Notes: a model not told the origin generated them from the sequence alone. Counted from the first letter of the stretch, positions 1 through 10,150 are shown. The stretch: 64,000 nt of DNA from Nonlabens dokdonensis (GCF_002162835.1 NZ_MAAX01000154.1:10496-74495); one strand, 5' to 3'. Made by a program: numbers and translations.

Positions 1-1283
1 GACTTAAAAACACCATTGAGAAAAGAGAAAATGATGTTTATGCAGCTCTTGAAAACGATCTTGGTAAAAGTGAGTTCGAAGCATTTCTTACCGAATATAA
101 TGTGATTATAGCTGAGTTAAAGAAATTTATTTACCGCACTAAAAAGTGGTCGCAGCCCATTAAAGTTTCCTCTTCCATTCTTAATTTTCCTAGTAAGGCT
201 AGAAAATATCCAGAGCCTTATGGCAACGTATTAATTATATCGCCTTGGAATTATCCATTCCAGTTAGCGCTGGCTCCTTTGATAGGTGCTGTTGCCGCTG
301 GGAATACAGTAGTTTTAAAACCTAGTGAATTTTCCACCGCAACAAGTTCTTTACTTCAAGAAATTATTGAGGAAGCTTTTGACCAAGAACACGTTTCTGT
401 GCAACTAGGTGATGCAAACGTAGCCCAAGAGTTAACTGCCTTATCATGGGACTATATTTTCTTTACAGGTAGTCCTGGCGTAGGTAAAAAAATCTATCAA
501 GCCGCTGGAAAACATCTTACTCCAGTAACTTTAGAATTAGGCGGTAAAAACCCATGTGTGGTACATGAATCTGCAGCGATTAAAGTCACCGCAAAACGAA
601 TTGTTTGGGCAAAATTTCTTAATGCCGGACAGACTTGTATAGCACCAGATTATCTGCTAGTGCATCATTCTATCAAAGATCAGTTAGTTACTGAGATAAA
701 AAAACAACTGAAAGAATTCTTTGGACAAGAAATTAAAAAATCTCCCGATTACCCTAGAATCATAAGAGAAGCACACTTTGACCAGTTGCTTGAAATGATA
801 TCTGGCGAGTCCATTTTAACCGGTGGTACTCATGATAAGGCATCGCTTTATCTTGCACCTACTTTGATTGATGAGCCATCACGAGATTCAAAAGTCATGC
901 AAGACGAGATCTTCGGCCCTATTCTTCCAGTGATAAGTTACAAGACCCAGCAAGAATTAGAAACCTGGATCGAGAGCTATGAAAAACCATTAGGCGCCTA
1001 TTGTTTTACTAATGATTCTAAATTTGAAGATTGGTTTGTACAGCGATTCTCCTTCGGTGGTGGCGTGATTAATGACAGCATTGTACAGTTCATTAACGAT
1101 CGTTTACCCTTTGGTGGCGTGGGCAATAGCGGGATAGGGTCTTACCACGGTAAGCATAGCTTTGAAACTTTTTCCCATTATAAAAGTGTGGTGCATCGTG
1201 GCACGTGGATTGATCTACCAGTAAAGTACGCACCATATGCTAATAAATTAAAATGGGTTAAGAAGCTCATGAGCAAATTATAA
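1..1283 (+). CDS. Aldehyde dehydrogenase (ALDH3/fatty-aldehyde-like), 5'-truncated by the window edge
   Basis: PWNYP, FTGS, ELGGKNP, catalytic GQTCIAPD, EIFGP and PFGGVG motifs; the frame is open back to position 3 (LKNTIEKRENDVYAALENDLGKSEFE), so 102 is not the real start. Confidence 0.95.
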   Translation, partial: LKNTIEKRENDVYAALENDLGKSEFEAFLTEYNVIIAELKKFIYRTKKWSQPIKVSSSILNFPSKARKYPEPYGNVLIISPWNYPFQLALAPLIGAVAAGNTVVLKPSEFSTATSSLLQEIIEEAFDQEHVSVQLGDANVAQELTALSWDYIFFTGSPGVGKKIYQAAGKHLTPVTLELGGKNPCVVHESAAIKVTAKRIVWAKFLNAGQTCIAPDYLLVHHSIKDQLVTEIKKQLKEFFGQEIKKSPDYPRIIREAHFDQLLEMISGESILTGGTHDKASLYLAPTLIDEPSRDSKVMQDEIFGPILPVISYKTQQELETWIESYEKPLGAYCFTNDSKFEDWFVQRFSFGGGVINDSIVQFINDRLPFGGVGNSGIGSYHGKHSFETFSHYKSVVHRGTWIDLPVKYAPYANKLKWVKKLMSKL

Positions 1284-1340
1284 GTAAAACAGGCTCAGCT
1301 CTTAAAGTTCTATTAATGTGAGGTTAATATGTTGTTAGCA

Positions 1341-1356
1341 CGCTTTCGCGAAAGCG
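1341..1356. repeat. 16-bp palindrome CGCTTTCGCGAAAGCG (intergenic)
   Basis: Exact copy. Confidence 0.97.
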
Positions 1357-1385
1357 GTATCGCATCTATCTTTAAAGAAAAAATC

Positions 1386-1598
1386 ATGATTAAAGAAGGA
1401 ACAAAAGTTAAATGGAACTGGGGAAATGGAACTGCAGAAGGAAAAGTACAGTCTACATTTACTAAATCGGTAACCAGAACCATTGATGGAAACGAAGTGA
1501 CTAGAAAGGGTGAAGAAGGCAACAAAGCCTTATATATCAAACAAGACGATGGTGATAGTGTTTTAAAACTTGAAAGTGAAGTAGAACGTGTAGATTAA
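1386..1598 (+). CDS. DUF2945 / Hva1-type Tudor-like small protein
   Basis: KVKWNWGNGTAEGKV...VTRKG...YIKQDDG...LKLESEV pattern; ATG 1386 preferred over 1329, whose extension is the palindrome repeat. Confidence 0.75.
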   Translation: MIKEGTKVKWNWGNGTAEGKVQSTFTKSVTRTIDGNEVTRKGEEGNKALYIKQDDGDSVLKLESEVERVD

Positions 1599-1638
1599 TC
1601 AATTTTATTGATTAAATTTATCAAATAAATAATCCCTC

Positions 1639-1947
1639 TTGAATTTATTACAGACCATATCTCAACAAGTATTACAATCCAGCATTAGTAACATGATAGG
1701 GATGATATTCCTTACTATTGTTGTAATTGCTGCATGGTACTGGTTTGTCAAGAATCACAAGTCAGATGCTGATGATGCAAAAAGCAGGCTTGCCATAAAG
1801 ATAGATCGCAACGGTAAACACCGTTATGAGGTGATACCTAATTTTGGGAATAGTAATCTCAAATTTTGGATCAAGATTGTAATTGCAATTATTGCTTTAT
1901 TATTTTTATGGTTGCCGTTTAAACTTTTATTCCAACCTCAATACTAG
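1639..1947 (+). CDS. Hypothetical membrane protein (2 TM)
   Basis: Two hydrophobic segments; co-oriented with neighbours; start uncertain. Confidence 0.55.
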   Translation: MNLLQTISQQVLQSSISNMIGMIFLTIVVIAAWYWFVKNHKSDADDAKSRLAIKIDRNGKHRYEVIPNFGNSNLKFWIKIVIAIIALLFLWLPFKLLFQPQY

Positions 1948-1952
1948 TTGCC

Positions 1953-2570
1953 ATGGCAGAGCTTGTTAAGATTTACGAAGATAACCCCAATCAAAAAGAG
2001 TTAGCACGCATCGCCAAAGCCATGAAAAATGGTGCATTAGTCATTTACCCAACAGATACAGTGTATGGATTAGGTTGCGACATCACTAATAAAAGTGCTC
2101 TAGAAAAAGTAGCCCGTCTTAAAGGTGTAAAATTAGAAAAAGCCAACTTCTCTTTTATCTGTGAAGATCTAAGTAATTTGAGCGACTACGTAAGCCAGAT
2201 AGATTCCAATACATTTAAAATTCTTAAACGCAACTTGCCTGGACCATATACTTTTATACTTCCAGGAAATAATAACCTACCTACAGTTTTTAAGAAAAAG
2301 AAAACGGTAGGTATACGTGTTCCCGATAACAAAATTGCTGTAGAATTAGTGAAATTACTCGGTAATCCTATTATCTCCACCTCTATTAAAGATGAGGATG
2401 AGGTAATTGAATACACCACAGACCCTAGTCTTATTGTTGAAAAATGGGAACACCTAGTAGATTATGTTATTGATGCCGGTTATGGTGGTAATATAGGTTC
2501 TACGATTATAGATCTTACTGGAGACGAACCTGTTTTAGTAAGAGAAGGAAAAGGATCAACTGAATTATAG
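1953..2570 (+). CDS. L-threonylcarbamoyladenylate synthase family (Sua5/YrdC/YciO-like)
   Basis: IYPTDTVYGLGC, LPGPYTFIL, VGIRVP, STS, STIIDL motifs. Confidence 0.93.
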   Translation: MAELVKIYEDNPNQKELARIAKAMKNGALVIYPTDTVYGLGCDITNKSALEKVARLKGVKLEKANFSFICEDLSNLSDYVSQIDSNTFKILKRNLPGPYTFILPGNNNLPTVFKKKKTVGIRVPDNKIAVELVKLLGNPIISTSIKDEDEVIEYTTDPSLIVEKWEHLVDYVIDAGYGGNIGSTIIDLTGDEPVLVREGKGSTEL

Positions 2571-2572
2571 AT

Positions 2573-3052
2573 TTGCTATCTAAGTTTCATAAAATAGAGT
2601 TTTTTTCAAGTGCTATCTTTCTGTTTCTAAGCTTTTTTCTATTCTTGTACGTCTATGGCTATACATTGAGTTTAGCAGATTCTACTATAGATCTCAATAT
2701 ACATGATACTTACTTTGTAGTTGAATCCTACGATGCATTCAAAACTTTTTTAATCTGCGGAATCACTATAAGTGGCCTATTATTTTTTTTAAGTCAGAAG
2801 AAGTTCTCAAAATTCCATTTTCTTTATGCCATTCTGGTATTGTTGAAATTATTATGGGTATTTGCATACATTAAGACTTATACTTTTTTCTCTCCAGACC
2901 ATTTTCCATCTAGGTATTATACCAATTCTGTTTTAGAATTAGAAATGGTTTATCAAACAGCTAGTATTCTCATTGTTCCTATTTTACTATTTCTAATATT
3001 GATCCTAGTTATTGTCAAGCTTTTTAGTTTAAGAAAAAGACATAAATTATAG
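2573..3052 (+). CDS. Hypothetical 4-TM membrane protein with HDTYFVV motif
   Basis: Four hydrophobic segments; start TTG 2 nt after the upstream stop. Confidence 0.6.
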   Translation: MLSKFHKIEFFSSAIFLFLSFFLFLYVYGYTLSLADSTIDLNIHDTYFVVESYDAFKTFLICGITISGLLFFLSQKKFSKFHFLYAILVLLKLLWVFAYIKTYTFFSPDHFPSRYYTNSVLELEMVYQTASILIVPILLFLILILVIVKLFSLRKRHKL

Positions 3053-3182
3053 TGATCTGATTATTTATTTGGTGAAACGATTCTCATCTAACTATAAGTC
3101 TTAATTTCATACTATTTCACATTTTCTTACCACACTCTTAAGTGGTAATGTTCTAAATTTATTGTGATTAAAAATTATAAAA

Positions 3183-4016
3183 ATGCCATACTTGGAAAAA
3201 ACAACAGCACAAAAAGACGCAGACGTTAATATATACTACGAAGACCACGGCAGTGGTAAACCTATCATCCTTATTCATGGATGGCCATTAAGTGGCGCTA
3301 TGTGGGAATATCAAGTCCCAGCGCTCATAGAGTCTGGACATCGAGTGATTACTTACGACCGTAGAGGATTTGGAAAATCATCACGTCCTTATACAGGTTA
3401 TGATTATGATAGTATGGCAGAAGACCTGCACGACCTGATCAAAAAATTAGACCTAAGAGATGTTATTCTTGCTGGTTTTTCTATGGGTGGTGGAGAGCTG
3501 GCACAATATGTAGGTACCTTCGGTACGAGTAGAATAAGCAAGTTGATTTTTATAAGTTCTATTGCTCCTTTCCTTTTAAAAACAGAAGACAATCCCGATG
3601 GTGCTCCTGACGACGTATTCAAAGGAATGGAAGACAATGTAAAAAATGACCGCTTGGGATTCTTAAAAGGTTTTGGTGAAGGTTTTGTAAATTATGAAGA
3701 TAACAAAGACCGCATCTCTCAAGGGCAGCTGGACTATAATTTCCAGATTGCCGCAGCAGCAAGTCCTAAGGGAACTCTAGACTGTATCAATGCCTTTGGT
3801 AGAACAGATTTAAGAGACGCACTTAAGAAAATAGACGTTCCTACCCTATTTATTCATGGCGATGCCGATAATATCGTACCTATAGAACCTAGTTCTAAAC
3901 AAGGTCACGAGCTGGTAGAAGACTCCAGATTAGAAATTATCAAAGACGCTCCTCACGGATTATATGTCACACATACTGAAGAACTGAATGAGATCTTACT
4001 CGATTTCTTGAAATAG
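3183..4016 (+). CDS. Alpha/beta hydrolase, non-heme chloroperoxidase/arylesterase family
   Basis: LIHGWP, YDRRGFG, nucleophile GFSMG, HGDAD, APHG. Confidence 0.92.
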   Translation: MPYLEKTTAQKDADVNIYYEDHGSGKPIILIHGWPLSGAMWEYQVPALIESGHRVITYDRRGFGKSSRPYTGYDYDSMAEDLHDLIKKLDLRDVILAGFSMGGGELAQYVGTFGTSRISKLIFISSIAPFLLKTEDNPDGAPDDVFKGMEDNVKNDRLGFLKGFGEGFVNYEDNKDRISQGQLDYNFQIAAAASPKGTLDCINAFGRTDLRDALKKIDVPTLFIHGDADNIVPIEPSSKQGHELVEDSRLEIIKDAPHGLYVTHTEELNEILLDFLK

Positions 4017-4040
4017 ACTCCTTTCCCTAAAGGTAAAAAC

Positions 4041-4072
4041 CGCTTCATCTCTATTAATGAAGCGTTTTTTTT
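4041..4072 (+). terminator. Rho-independent terminator
   Basis: CGCTTCAT/ATGAAGCG stem followed by T8. Confidence 0.8.
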
Positions 4073-4106
4073 ATGCCTTGAAACGTTGCGGTGTTGGTAG
4101 TGCATC

Positions 4107-4122
4107 CGCTTTCGCGAAAGCG
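4107..4122. repeat. 16-bp palindrome (intergenic)
   Basis: Exact copy. Confidence 0.97.
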
Positions 4123-4249
4123 CAATCACATCCATCATCCTGCCTTTATTTTGCATTTTACACAAATTAAAAATTATAGATTACTTGATTTGCGCAAATT
4201 GAAATCTGTAAGATGCTTATAGATTTGGTAGGACTTAAAAGGATGAATT

Positions 4250-4849
4250 ATGAATATTCCAAAAGCTTTGATATTTTTTAGATTACTGCTAGCTCCTATA
4301 ATTTTGAGCCTTGCTTATTTTATAGGCGACACTTCAAAAACAGTAATTGTGGTATTGATGTACTTAGGATTGATCTCTGATATCTTAGATGGCATCATTG
4401 CTCGTAAACAAGGTGTTTCAAGTGCTCAATTGAGAAGAATGGACAGCCAGACCGATATGGTGTTTTGGCTCTCGATAGGTTTTGCAACTTGGATCTTGTA
4501 TCCAGAACTTATTGCAACTCATGCCACGGCTATTTATGCCATTCTCGCAATGGAAGTCGCTTGTTATGTGATAAGCATTGTCCGGTTTAAAAAAGAAACT
4601 TGTACGCATGCCTTTTTATCAAAATTATGGGGAATTACACTATTGATAGCTTTTACCTCGTTAATAGGTTTTAATCATGCTGGGATACCATTTACCATAG
4701 CTATAATTATGGGATTGATCTCTCACATTGATCGCATTTTGATCACGCTTATACTACCTAAATGGACGCATGATATTCCAAGTGCCTATCATGCTTATTT
4801 GATAAGAAAAGGAATAGATTTTAAAAGAAACGACTTACTTAACGGTTAA
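4250..4849 (+). CDS. CDP-alcohol phosphatidyltransferase family protein
   Basis: SDILDGIIAR...S...DSQTD signature; multi-TM. Confidence 0.88.
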   Translation: MNIPKALIFFRLLLAPIILSLAYFIGDTSKTVIVVLMYLGLISDILDGIIARKQGVSSAQLRRMDSQTDMVFWLSIGFATWILYPELIATHATAIYAILAMEVACYVISIVRFKKETCTHAFLSKLWGITLLIAFTSLIGFNHAGIPFTIAIIMGLISHIDRILITLILPKWTHDIPSAYHAYLIRKGIDFKRNDLLNG

Positions 4850-4863
4850 TAAATGCTCGAATT

Positions 4864-5217
4864 ATGAAAAAACTAGCCCAACAATACTACGCGATAATAA
4901 GTGATAAAGTATGTACAGCCACATATGCCACATTATGGACCGCATTGCAACACAAACTAGGTGTCACCTATCTTGATTTAAAAATGGAGCAATTTGACAA
5001 GCAGAAAAGAAGAGAATTGCTCTCCTTAGTTCCTAAACACATTAAAAAAGGAAAACAATCCATTTTAAGCATACAGCTTACTAATTCTAGAATCAAAGAA
5101 CTAAGAGAGGTTCTTACTGAATCTGGATTATCAGTTATTAAATTAATACGAATTCCAGCAAATATGAAAGAACAAGAACTGGCGATTCCTTCTCACATTA
5201 TGAGAGATTTGTTCTAA
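4864..5217 (+). CDS. Hypothetical protein
   Basis: 117-aa ORF 14 nt after the upstream stop; no recognised motif. Confidence 0.55.
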   Translation: MKKLAQQYYAIISDKVCTATYATLWTALQHKLGVTYLDLKMEQFDKQKRRELLSLVPKHIKKGKQSILSIQLTNSRIKELREVLTESGLSVIKLIRIPANMKEQELAIPSHIMRDLF

Positions 5218-6438
5218 CTATTCGGCTAGAAGTTCTTCTATAAACGAATAAAATTCTTGCTGAAACCTTTCATGCTTACTGCCTGTTGCAAGACCGTTAT
5301 ATCCAGTGTGAATGCGTCTTACCTTTCCTGTTTTATCTATATAAATACTTGTAGGATAAGATAATACATGATTGAGCATCGGTAACTTTTCATTTGCTGT
5401 TGTTTTATCTGTTGTACCATATTGAGCTAACAATATAGGATACGTGATATCTTCAGATTTTATTAATCGTTGAATAGAATTCATTGCCGCTTTTTCACTA
5501 CGTGCATATTCAAAGGCAAGTCCTATAAATTTTACATCATTATTTTGCTGGTTCAAATATTCTTGATAAAACCTAGTTTCTTCTAGACAGTTAGGACACC
5601 AAGTTCCTAATAGTTGTACGATCACAACTTGATTCTGGAATTCAGAATCATTGATACTTACAACTTCTCCATCTACATTTTTAAAACTAAATTCTATGGT
5701 ATCATATCCTTCTTTGAGATACGTCAATTCCTTTGCGTCAGGTAGTTCATAATTGTTGTTTAACCTTGCTTGAAAAGGTTCTTTCCAGTGATTACCGCTA
5801 TAAAAATCTCCTATGATCGTACTATCGGTGATTGCTGCCTCAAAGAGAAAGGCGTGTGCACCATCAAAAGTGGATAGTTTTAAAGAATCATTTGTAACGA
5901 TTCCTTCTAGAAACCTATAATCACCAGTAGTGGTCTCAAAAGTTCCTGTTACTTGATTACCTGTTTGAGTAAAAACACCTTTGGCAATGTAGCGATCGGT
6001 ATCATTATTAGGACTGAAAACAGTCTCGTAGCTTCCGGTTATATTTTTAACGACAGGTTTAGAAGAGACATTTTCAAATCTCGCAGCCTTATTTGCTAGC
6101 ATCTTAAAAGGTACTACTCGATCTAGACTAGGTTTGATATGAACGCCGGTAATCAAGTTCTTTGATTCAAATTTACCTTTAAAAACACCTTCAAAAACTG
6201 GTGGTTGAATAAATATAGAATCTTGTTTTATAGAAACTTCTGTCACGACTATTTCTTCACTAGCGTTTTTAATGGTAATGCTTTGATCTTTATTTACAAT
6301 AACATTTACCGGTAATTGTTTACCAGATCCTAAGTCTAGTACTAAACGCCAATTTCCTTCTTCTAATTGATATGTAGCCGGTTGATTCTCGCAAGAGTAT
6401 AAAAATAGAACCGAAAGTAGTAAGATGATCTTTTTCAT
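5218..6438 (-). CDS. TlpA/ResA-like thiol-disulfide oxidoreductase lipoprotein
   Basis: Lipobox FLYSC; C-terminal thioredoxin fold with WCPNC and YPTSIYIDK. Confidence 0.9.
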   Translation of the reverse strand: MKKIILLLSVLFLYSCENQPATYQLEEGNWRLVLDLGSGKQLPVNVIVNKDQSITIKNASEEIVVTEVSIKQDSIFIQPPVFEGVFKGKFESKNLITGVHIKPSLDRVVPFKMLANKAARFENVSSKPVVKNITGSYETVFSPNNDTDRYIAKGVFTQTGNQVTGTFETTTGDYRFLEGIVTNDSLKLSTFDGAHAFLFEAAITDSTIIGDFYSGNHWKEPFQARLNNNYELPDAKELTYLKEGYDTIEFSFKNVDGEVVSINDSEFQNQVVIVQLLGTWCPNCLEETRFYQEYLNQQNNDVKFIGLAFEYARSEKAAMNSIQRLIKSEDITYPILLAQYGTTDKTTANEKLPMLNHVLSYPTSIYIDKTGKVRRIHTGYNGLATGSKHERFQQEFYSFIEELLAE

Positions 6439-6533
6439 AATGCAAGATTAAAATTAAATTATCACGTAATTATCATACATTATTTTATTAGTAATTATTT
6501 AGCACTTGTGTGATAATTCAAGACCTTTGCCAC

Positions 6534-7112
6534 ATGAGTCACCGACACTTTTTAATCTACAAACCTTATAAAATGCTCAGTCAGTTCATGACTAACGATA
6601 GGCATCAAAAAAACAAAAAGTTTTTAGGTGATTTACACGATTTTCCAGGAGGCAGCATGGCAGTAGGAAGACTGGACGAAACCAGTGAAGGATTACTACT
6701 CATCACTACCGACGGCCAACTGAGCAGCCATATCAACAAAAAAGGAAAAGTAGAAAAAGAATACTACGCTCAAGTAGATGGAATCATCACCGAAGAAGCC
6801 GTTCAAAAAATGACCTCTGGAATCGAGATCAGCATTAATGGTAGTTTATATCAAACTAAAGAGTGTAAAGCACAAATTTTAAAAGAGGTTCCCAATCTAC
6901 CAGAAACGCATCAGCGTATTAGAGATGAGCGCCATGGTCCTACTTCTTGGGTTTCTGTAACATTAAAAGAAGGGAAATTTAGACAAGTGCGTAAAATGTG
7001 TGCTGCAGTTGGTTTTCCCGTATTGCGACTGGCTCGTGTACGGATAGGTGATTTTACTCTGGAAAGTTTGGATGACAAAACCGTAAAAGAGGTTACTAAT
7101 CAAATGGATTGA
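6534..7112 (+). CDS. Pseudouridine synthase (RsuA/RluE family)
   Basis: YKPY, GRLD catalytic motif, EGLLLIT, EGKFRQVRKM; ATG 6534 preferred. Confidence 0.92.
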   Translation: MSHRHFLIYKPYKMLSQFMTNDRHQKNKKFLGDLHDFPGGSMAVGRLDETSEGLLLITTDGQLSSHINKKGKVEKEYYAQVDGIITEEAVQKMTSGIEISINGSLYQTKECKAQILKEVPNLPETHQRIRDERHGPTSWVSVTLKEGKFRQVRKMCAAVGFPVLRLARVRIGDFTLESLDDKTVKEVTNQMD

Positions 7113-7142
7113 TTTGGTTTACAACCCAAAATAAGGATTTAT

Positions 7143-7757
7143 CTACTTATCATTCTTTAAAATAATCAACGTAGCTCGTACACCAGATGCAAGATTCCAG
7201 ATGTTTTGTTGCACTACTTTGCCTTTCATATCCATCACCTTAAACTCTGCAGTGTTGGGTCCTGAAGTCCCTTGATTTAAGGCTTCGATTTCTAGTTTAT
7301 TAAATCCATCTTTCAGCGGTATTCCTACTCCTTGATAAGCGTTACGTAGATAGATTTTATCGACTAGGATTTTATCATCTTGCCAGATGCGCACCATATC
7401 GCCATCTTCAAATTGGTGATCTCTACAAACTAATCTTAGAATTTTCTCACCAGTTCTTATCTCACCTAAAAAGGTATCACTTCTAAAACCAGCACCTACC
7501 GGAGCATCTTTCTTGAACTTTTGATTTTTGTATTTGATGCCTGGATCTACAAGATCTGTCTCCATACGCATCTTGATCTCGTTATTTTCTTTAGGTCTCG
7601 TATAGGTCTTAGACTCGGTCTTTTCTGGAAACAGCATAGAACCGCCACTTTTAGTTTGTGGTACAGGTTCTATAGTTCTAGGTGTGGTTTTAGGCGTCTC
7701 TTGCGCCATGGAAACACCGAGTGAAAGCATAAAAATAAATACAACTAACTTTTTCAT
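7143..7757 (-). CDS. Hypothetical secreted protein
   Basis: Signal peptide MKKLVVFIFMLSLGVSMA; beta-rich C-terminus. Confidence 0.75.
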   Translation of the reverse strand: MKKLVVFIFMLSLGVSMAQETPKTTPRTIEPVPQTKSGGSMLFPEKTESKTYTRPKENNEIKMRMETDLVDPGIKYKNQKFKKDAPVGAGFRSDTFLGEIRTGEKILRLVCRDHQFEDGDMVRIWQDDKILVDKIYLRNAYQGVGIPLKDGFNKLEIEALNQGTSGPNTAEFKVMDMKGKVVQQNIWNLASGVRATLIILKNDK

Positions 7758-7977
7758 ACTTGCAAGTTATCAAATTCCTTGCCCAAAGTGATCACAAAGA
7801 AGTTATTTTTAGTTAAAGCTTGTGTTCTAAGTACATCATCTTCAGCTTGCCTAACTTAAAATACAAGAGATGGCATCACTTTCTAAATTTGGAAATAGTG
7901 TTTTAAAATAAAAACACCTGTTATGGAGTGGCTACCATTACAGATGTTTCTATATATTCTTATGCTTATATGTATCT

Positions 7978-7993
7978 CGCTTTCGCGAAAGCG
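7978..7993. repeat. 16-bp palindrome (intergenic, just downstream of murA)
   Basis: Exact copy. Confidence 0.97.
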
Positions 7994-8007
7994 GAAACCT
8001 AAAACAC

Positions 8008-9318
8008 TTAGTCTAAACGAGTGATCTTTGCTCCTATCGCCTGTAAACGCGTGTCTATGTTTTGATAACCACGGTCTATTTGCTCAATGTTGTGGATGGT
8101 GCTGGTACCTTTGGCACTTAAAGCAGCGATTAACAACGAGATTCCGGCGCGTATGTCTGGGCTGGTCATGGTTGTTGCTTTTAATTGCGACTGGAAATCA
8201 TACCCTATAACACTCGCTCTGTGCGGATCACAAAGAATAATTTTGGCACCCATGTCGATCAGTTTATCAACGAAAAACAATCGGCTTTCAAACATCTTCT
8301 GGTGAATCAACACACTACCTCTAGCCTGCGTTGCTACTACTAGAACAATACTCAATAAATCTGGCGTGAAACCTGGCCATGGCGCGTCAGAAATAGTTAA
8401 AATAGAACCGTCGATGTAATTCTGGATCTCATAACCATCGGTATGTGCAGGAATATGAATATCATCGCCCTGACGCTCGATGGTGATTCCTAGCTTTCTA
8501 AAAGTCGCTGGGATAATTCCCAACTCGTCATAAGAAACATTTTTAATCGTGACCTCAGATTTAGTCATCGCAGCAAGACCTATCCAGCTACCTATCTCGA
8601 TCATATCTGGCAGAATGCGGTGCGTGGTACCACCTAATTTCTCAACTCCTTCTATGATCAACATGTTAGAACCTATTCCAGAAATATTTGCGCCCATGCG
8701 CACAAGCATGTTACACAATTGCTGTAAATACGGCTCGCAAGCAGCGTTGTAAATGGTGGTTTTTCCTTTGGCAAGAACGGCAGCCATCACGATGTTTGCT
8801 GTTCCTGTTACTGATGCTTCATCGAGTAGCATGTAAGCACCATGAAGCTCGTCTGCTTCTACACCGTAGAAGTATTCTTCTTTGTTGTATCTGAATTTTG
8901 CACCTAGTTTGATAAAACCTTCAAAGTGCGTGTCTAGACGACGACGACCGATTTTATCACCACCAGGACGCGGAATATATCCTTTTCCAAAACGAGCCAG
9001 TAATGGCCCAACTAACATGATAGAACCACGCAAGCCACGACCTTGGATTTTATATTCTTCAGACTGTAACCAGTCCAAGTTGATATTATCGGCTTGAAAG
9101 GTGTAGGATTCTTTACCGTTTTTAGTCACTTTAACGCCTAGATTGTTGAGTAAAGCGATCAATTTATTGACATCTATAATGTCAGGAACGTTATTGATTT
9201 CTACTGGCTGGTCGGTTAATAAGACTGCACAAAGTATTTGAAGCGCTTCATTTTTAGCACCTTGAGGTTGAATTTCTCCTTTTAATTGATGTCCACCTTC
9301 TATGATAAATGTTCCCAT
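8008..9318 (-). CDS. murA: UDP-N-acetylglucosamine 1-carboxyvinyltransferase
   Basis: GAKNEAL, PGGDKIGRR (Asp at the Cys115-equivalent position), PWPGFTPD, SPDIRAG, IDRGY. Confidence 0.97.
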   Translation of the reverse strand: MGTFIIEGGHQLKGEIQPQGAKNEALQILCAVLLTDQPVEINNVPDIIDVNKLIALLNNLGVKVTKNGKESYTFQADNINLDWLQSEEYKIQGRGLRGSIMLVGPLLARFGKGYIPRPGGDKIGRRRLDTHFEGFIKLGAKFRYNKEEYFYGVEADELHGAYMLLDEASVTGTANIVMAAVLAKGKTTIYNAACEPYLQQLCNMLVRMGANISGIGSNMLIIEGVEKLGGTTHRILPDMIEIGSWIGLAAMTKSEVTIKNVSYDELGIIPATFRKLGITIERQGDDIHIPAHTDGYEIQNYIDGSILTISDAPWPGFTPDLLSIVLVVATQARGSVLIHQKMFESRLFFVDKLIDMGAKIILCDPHRASVIGYDFQSQLKATTMTSPDIRAGISLLIAALSAKGTSTIHNIEQIDRGYQNIDTRLQAIGAKITRLD

Positions 9319-9403
9319 GAATAATTTTAATTGTAATTTTTAAAAATAAAGAACTTGGAGTGGTTTGTAAAGCGATCTACTGTGAAGTATTCACAAGTAA
9401 TGA

Positions 9404-9490
9404 ACAGTTGAAAGTCTCAGTTTTTAGTGGCAGGATTTAGTATTCAGTTTTCAGTGGCAGTAGGCAGTAATTAGTAGTTAGTAGTCAGAT
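9404..9490 (+). repeat. Degenerate 6-7-mer (YAG-periodic) tandem tract
   Basis: ctcagtt tttagtg gcag gatttag tattcag ttttcag tggcag taggcag taattag tagttag tagtcag. Confidence 0.7.
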
Positions 9491-9736
9491 TATTAAATTG
9501 TCATCATGCTGCATAGCGGAATCTCTTTGGGTCTTTCGCAAAATATTTAAGATGAAATGAATGCCGCTGTTTGTAAACCCTTTTTTAAGACGTATATCAA
9601 CTAGATTTTAAACGCTTTACAACTACCTACTAATGGGTATTTCTACCCAATTTTTAATCAAACGTACGAAATACCGCTCTTATTCAATTTAATTGCTATA
9701 AATTTCAAGAATCATTTGCTGCTGCAATGCTCCTTA

Positions 9737-9752
9737 TTACGGTTTCCCGTAA
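9737..9752. promoter_or_regulatory. Inverted repeat TTACGG-N4-CCGTAA at the head of the island
   Basis: Seen directly; function unknown. Confidence 0.35.
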
Positions 9753-9922
9753 AGGATATGGATTTTGAGGTTGTACTTTGGGCGGTGGAATGGTGAGTTG
9801 AATGTGCGCCTATCCCGGTAATTGATATAGGATAAAGTGTACGTTTGGGATTGTATAACGATTTAGCAATAATTATAGACGAACATTGTAACTTAAGGAT
9901 AAATCAATTTACAAAACAAATT

Positions 9923-10150
9923 ATGGGATTATTAGATGATTTAATGAAAAGCACGGAAAAAATGATTGATGAAATGGATTCTGGTTCTGAAAAGAGCAGA
10001 AGTCAATCTTTTCTTGAAGAATTCTGGGACAAGCGAAATGAGTTGCAAGACGCAAAAGACACTAGTTACGGAAATGAAAAAAAAGGAATAAGCCAACTTC
10101 TTGATTTATTCAACAGAAAAGGAAGAGACAACGATATGGAACCATATTAG
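9923..10150 (+). CDS. Small acidic hypothetical protein (75 aa from ATG 9923)
   Basis: MGLLDDLMKSTEK...; ATG preceded by an A-rich leader. Confidence 0.6.
   Translation: MGLLDDLMKSTEKMIDEMDSGSEKSRSQSFLEEFWDKRNELQDAKDTSYGNEKKGISQLLDLFNRKGRDNDMEPY

Noticed and set aside
1329-1385. N-terminal extension of DUF2945 (MLLARFRES...)
   Set aside because: It is the intergenic palindrome read in frame; the family-like sequence starts at ATG 1386.
9381-9395. CRP site TGTGA...TCACA upstream of murA
   Set aside because: Spacer is 5 bp, not 6; kept only as an unassigned short IR.
9491-9922. Integrase or transposase at the island edge
   Set aside because: No ORF of suitable size or tyrosine-recombinase/DDE motif on either strand.
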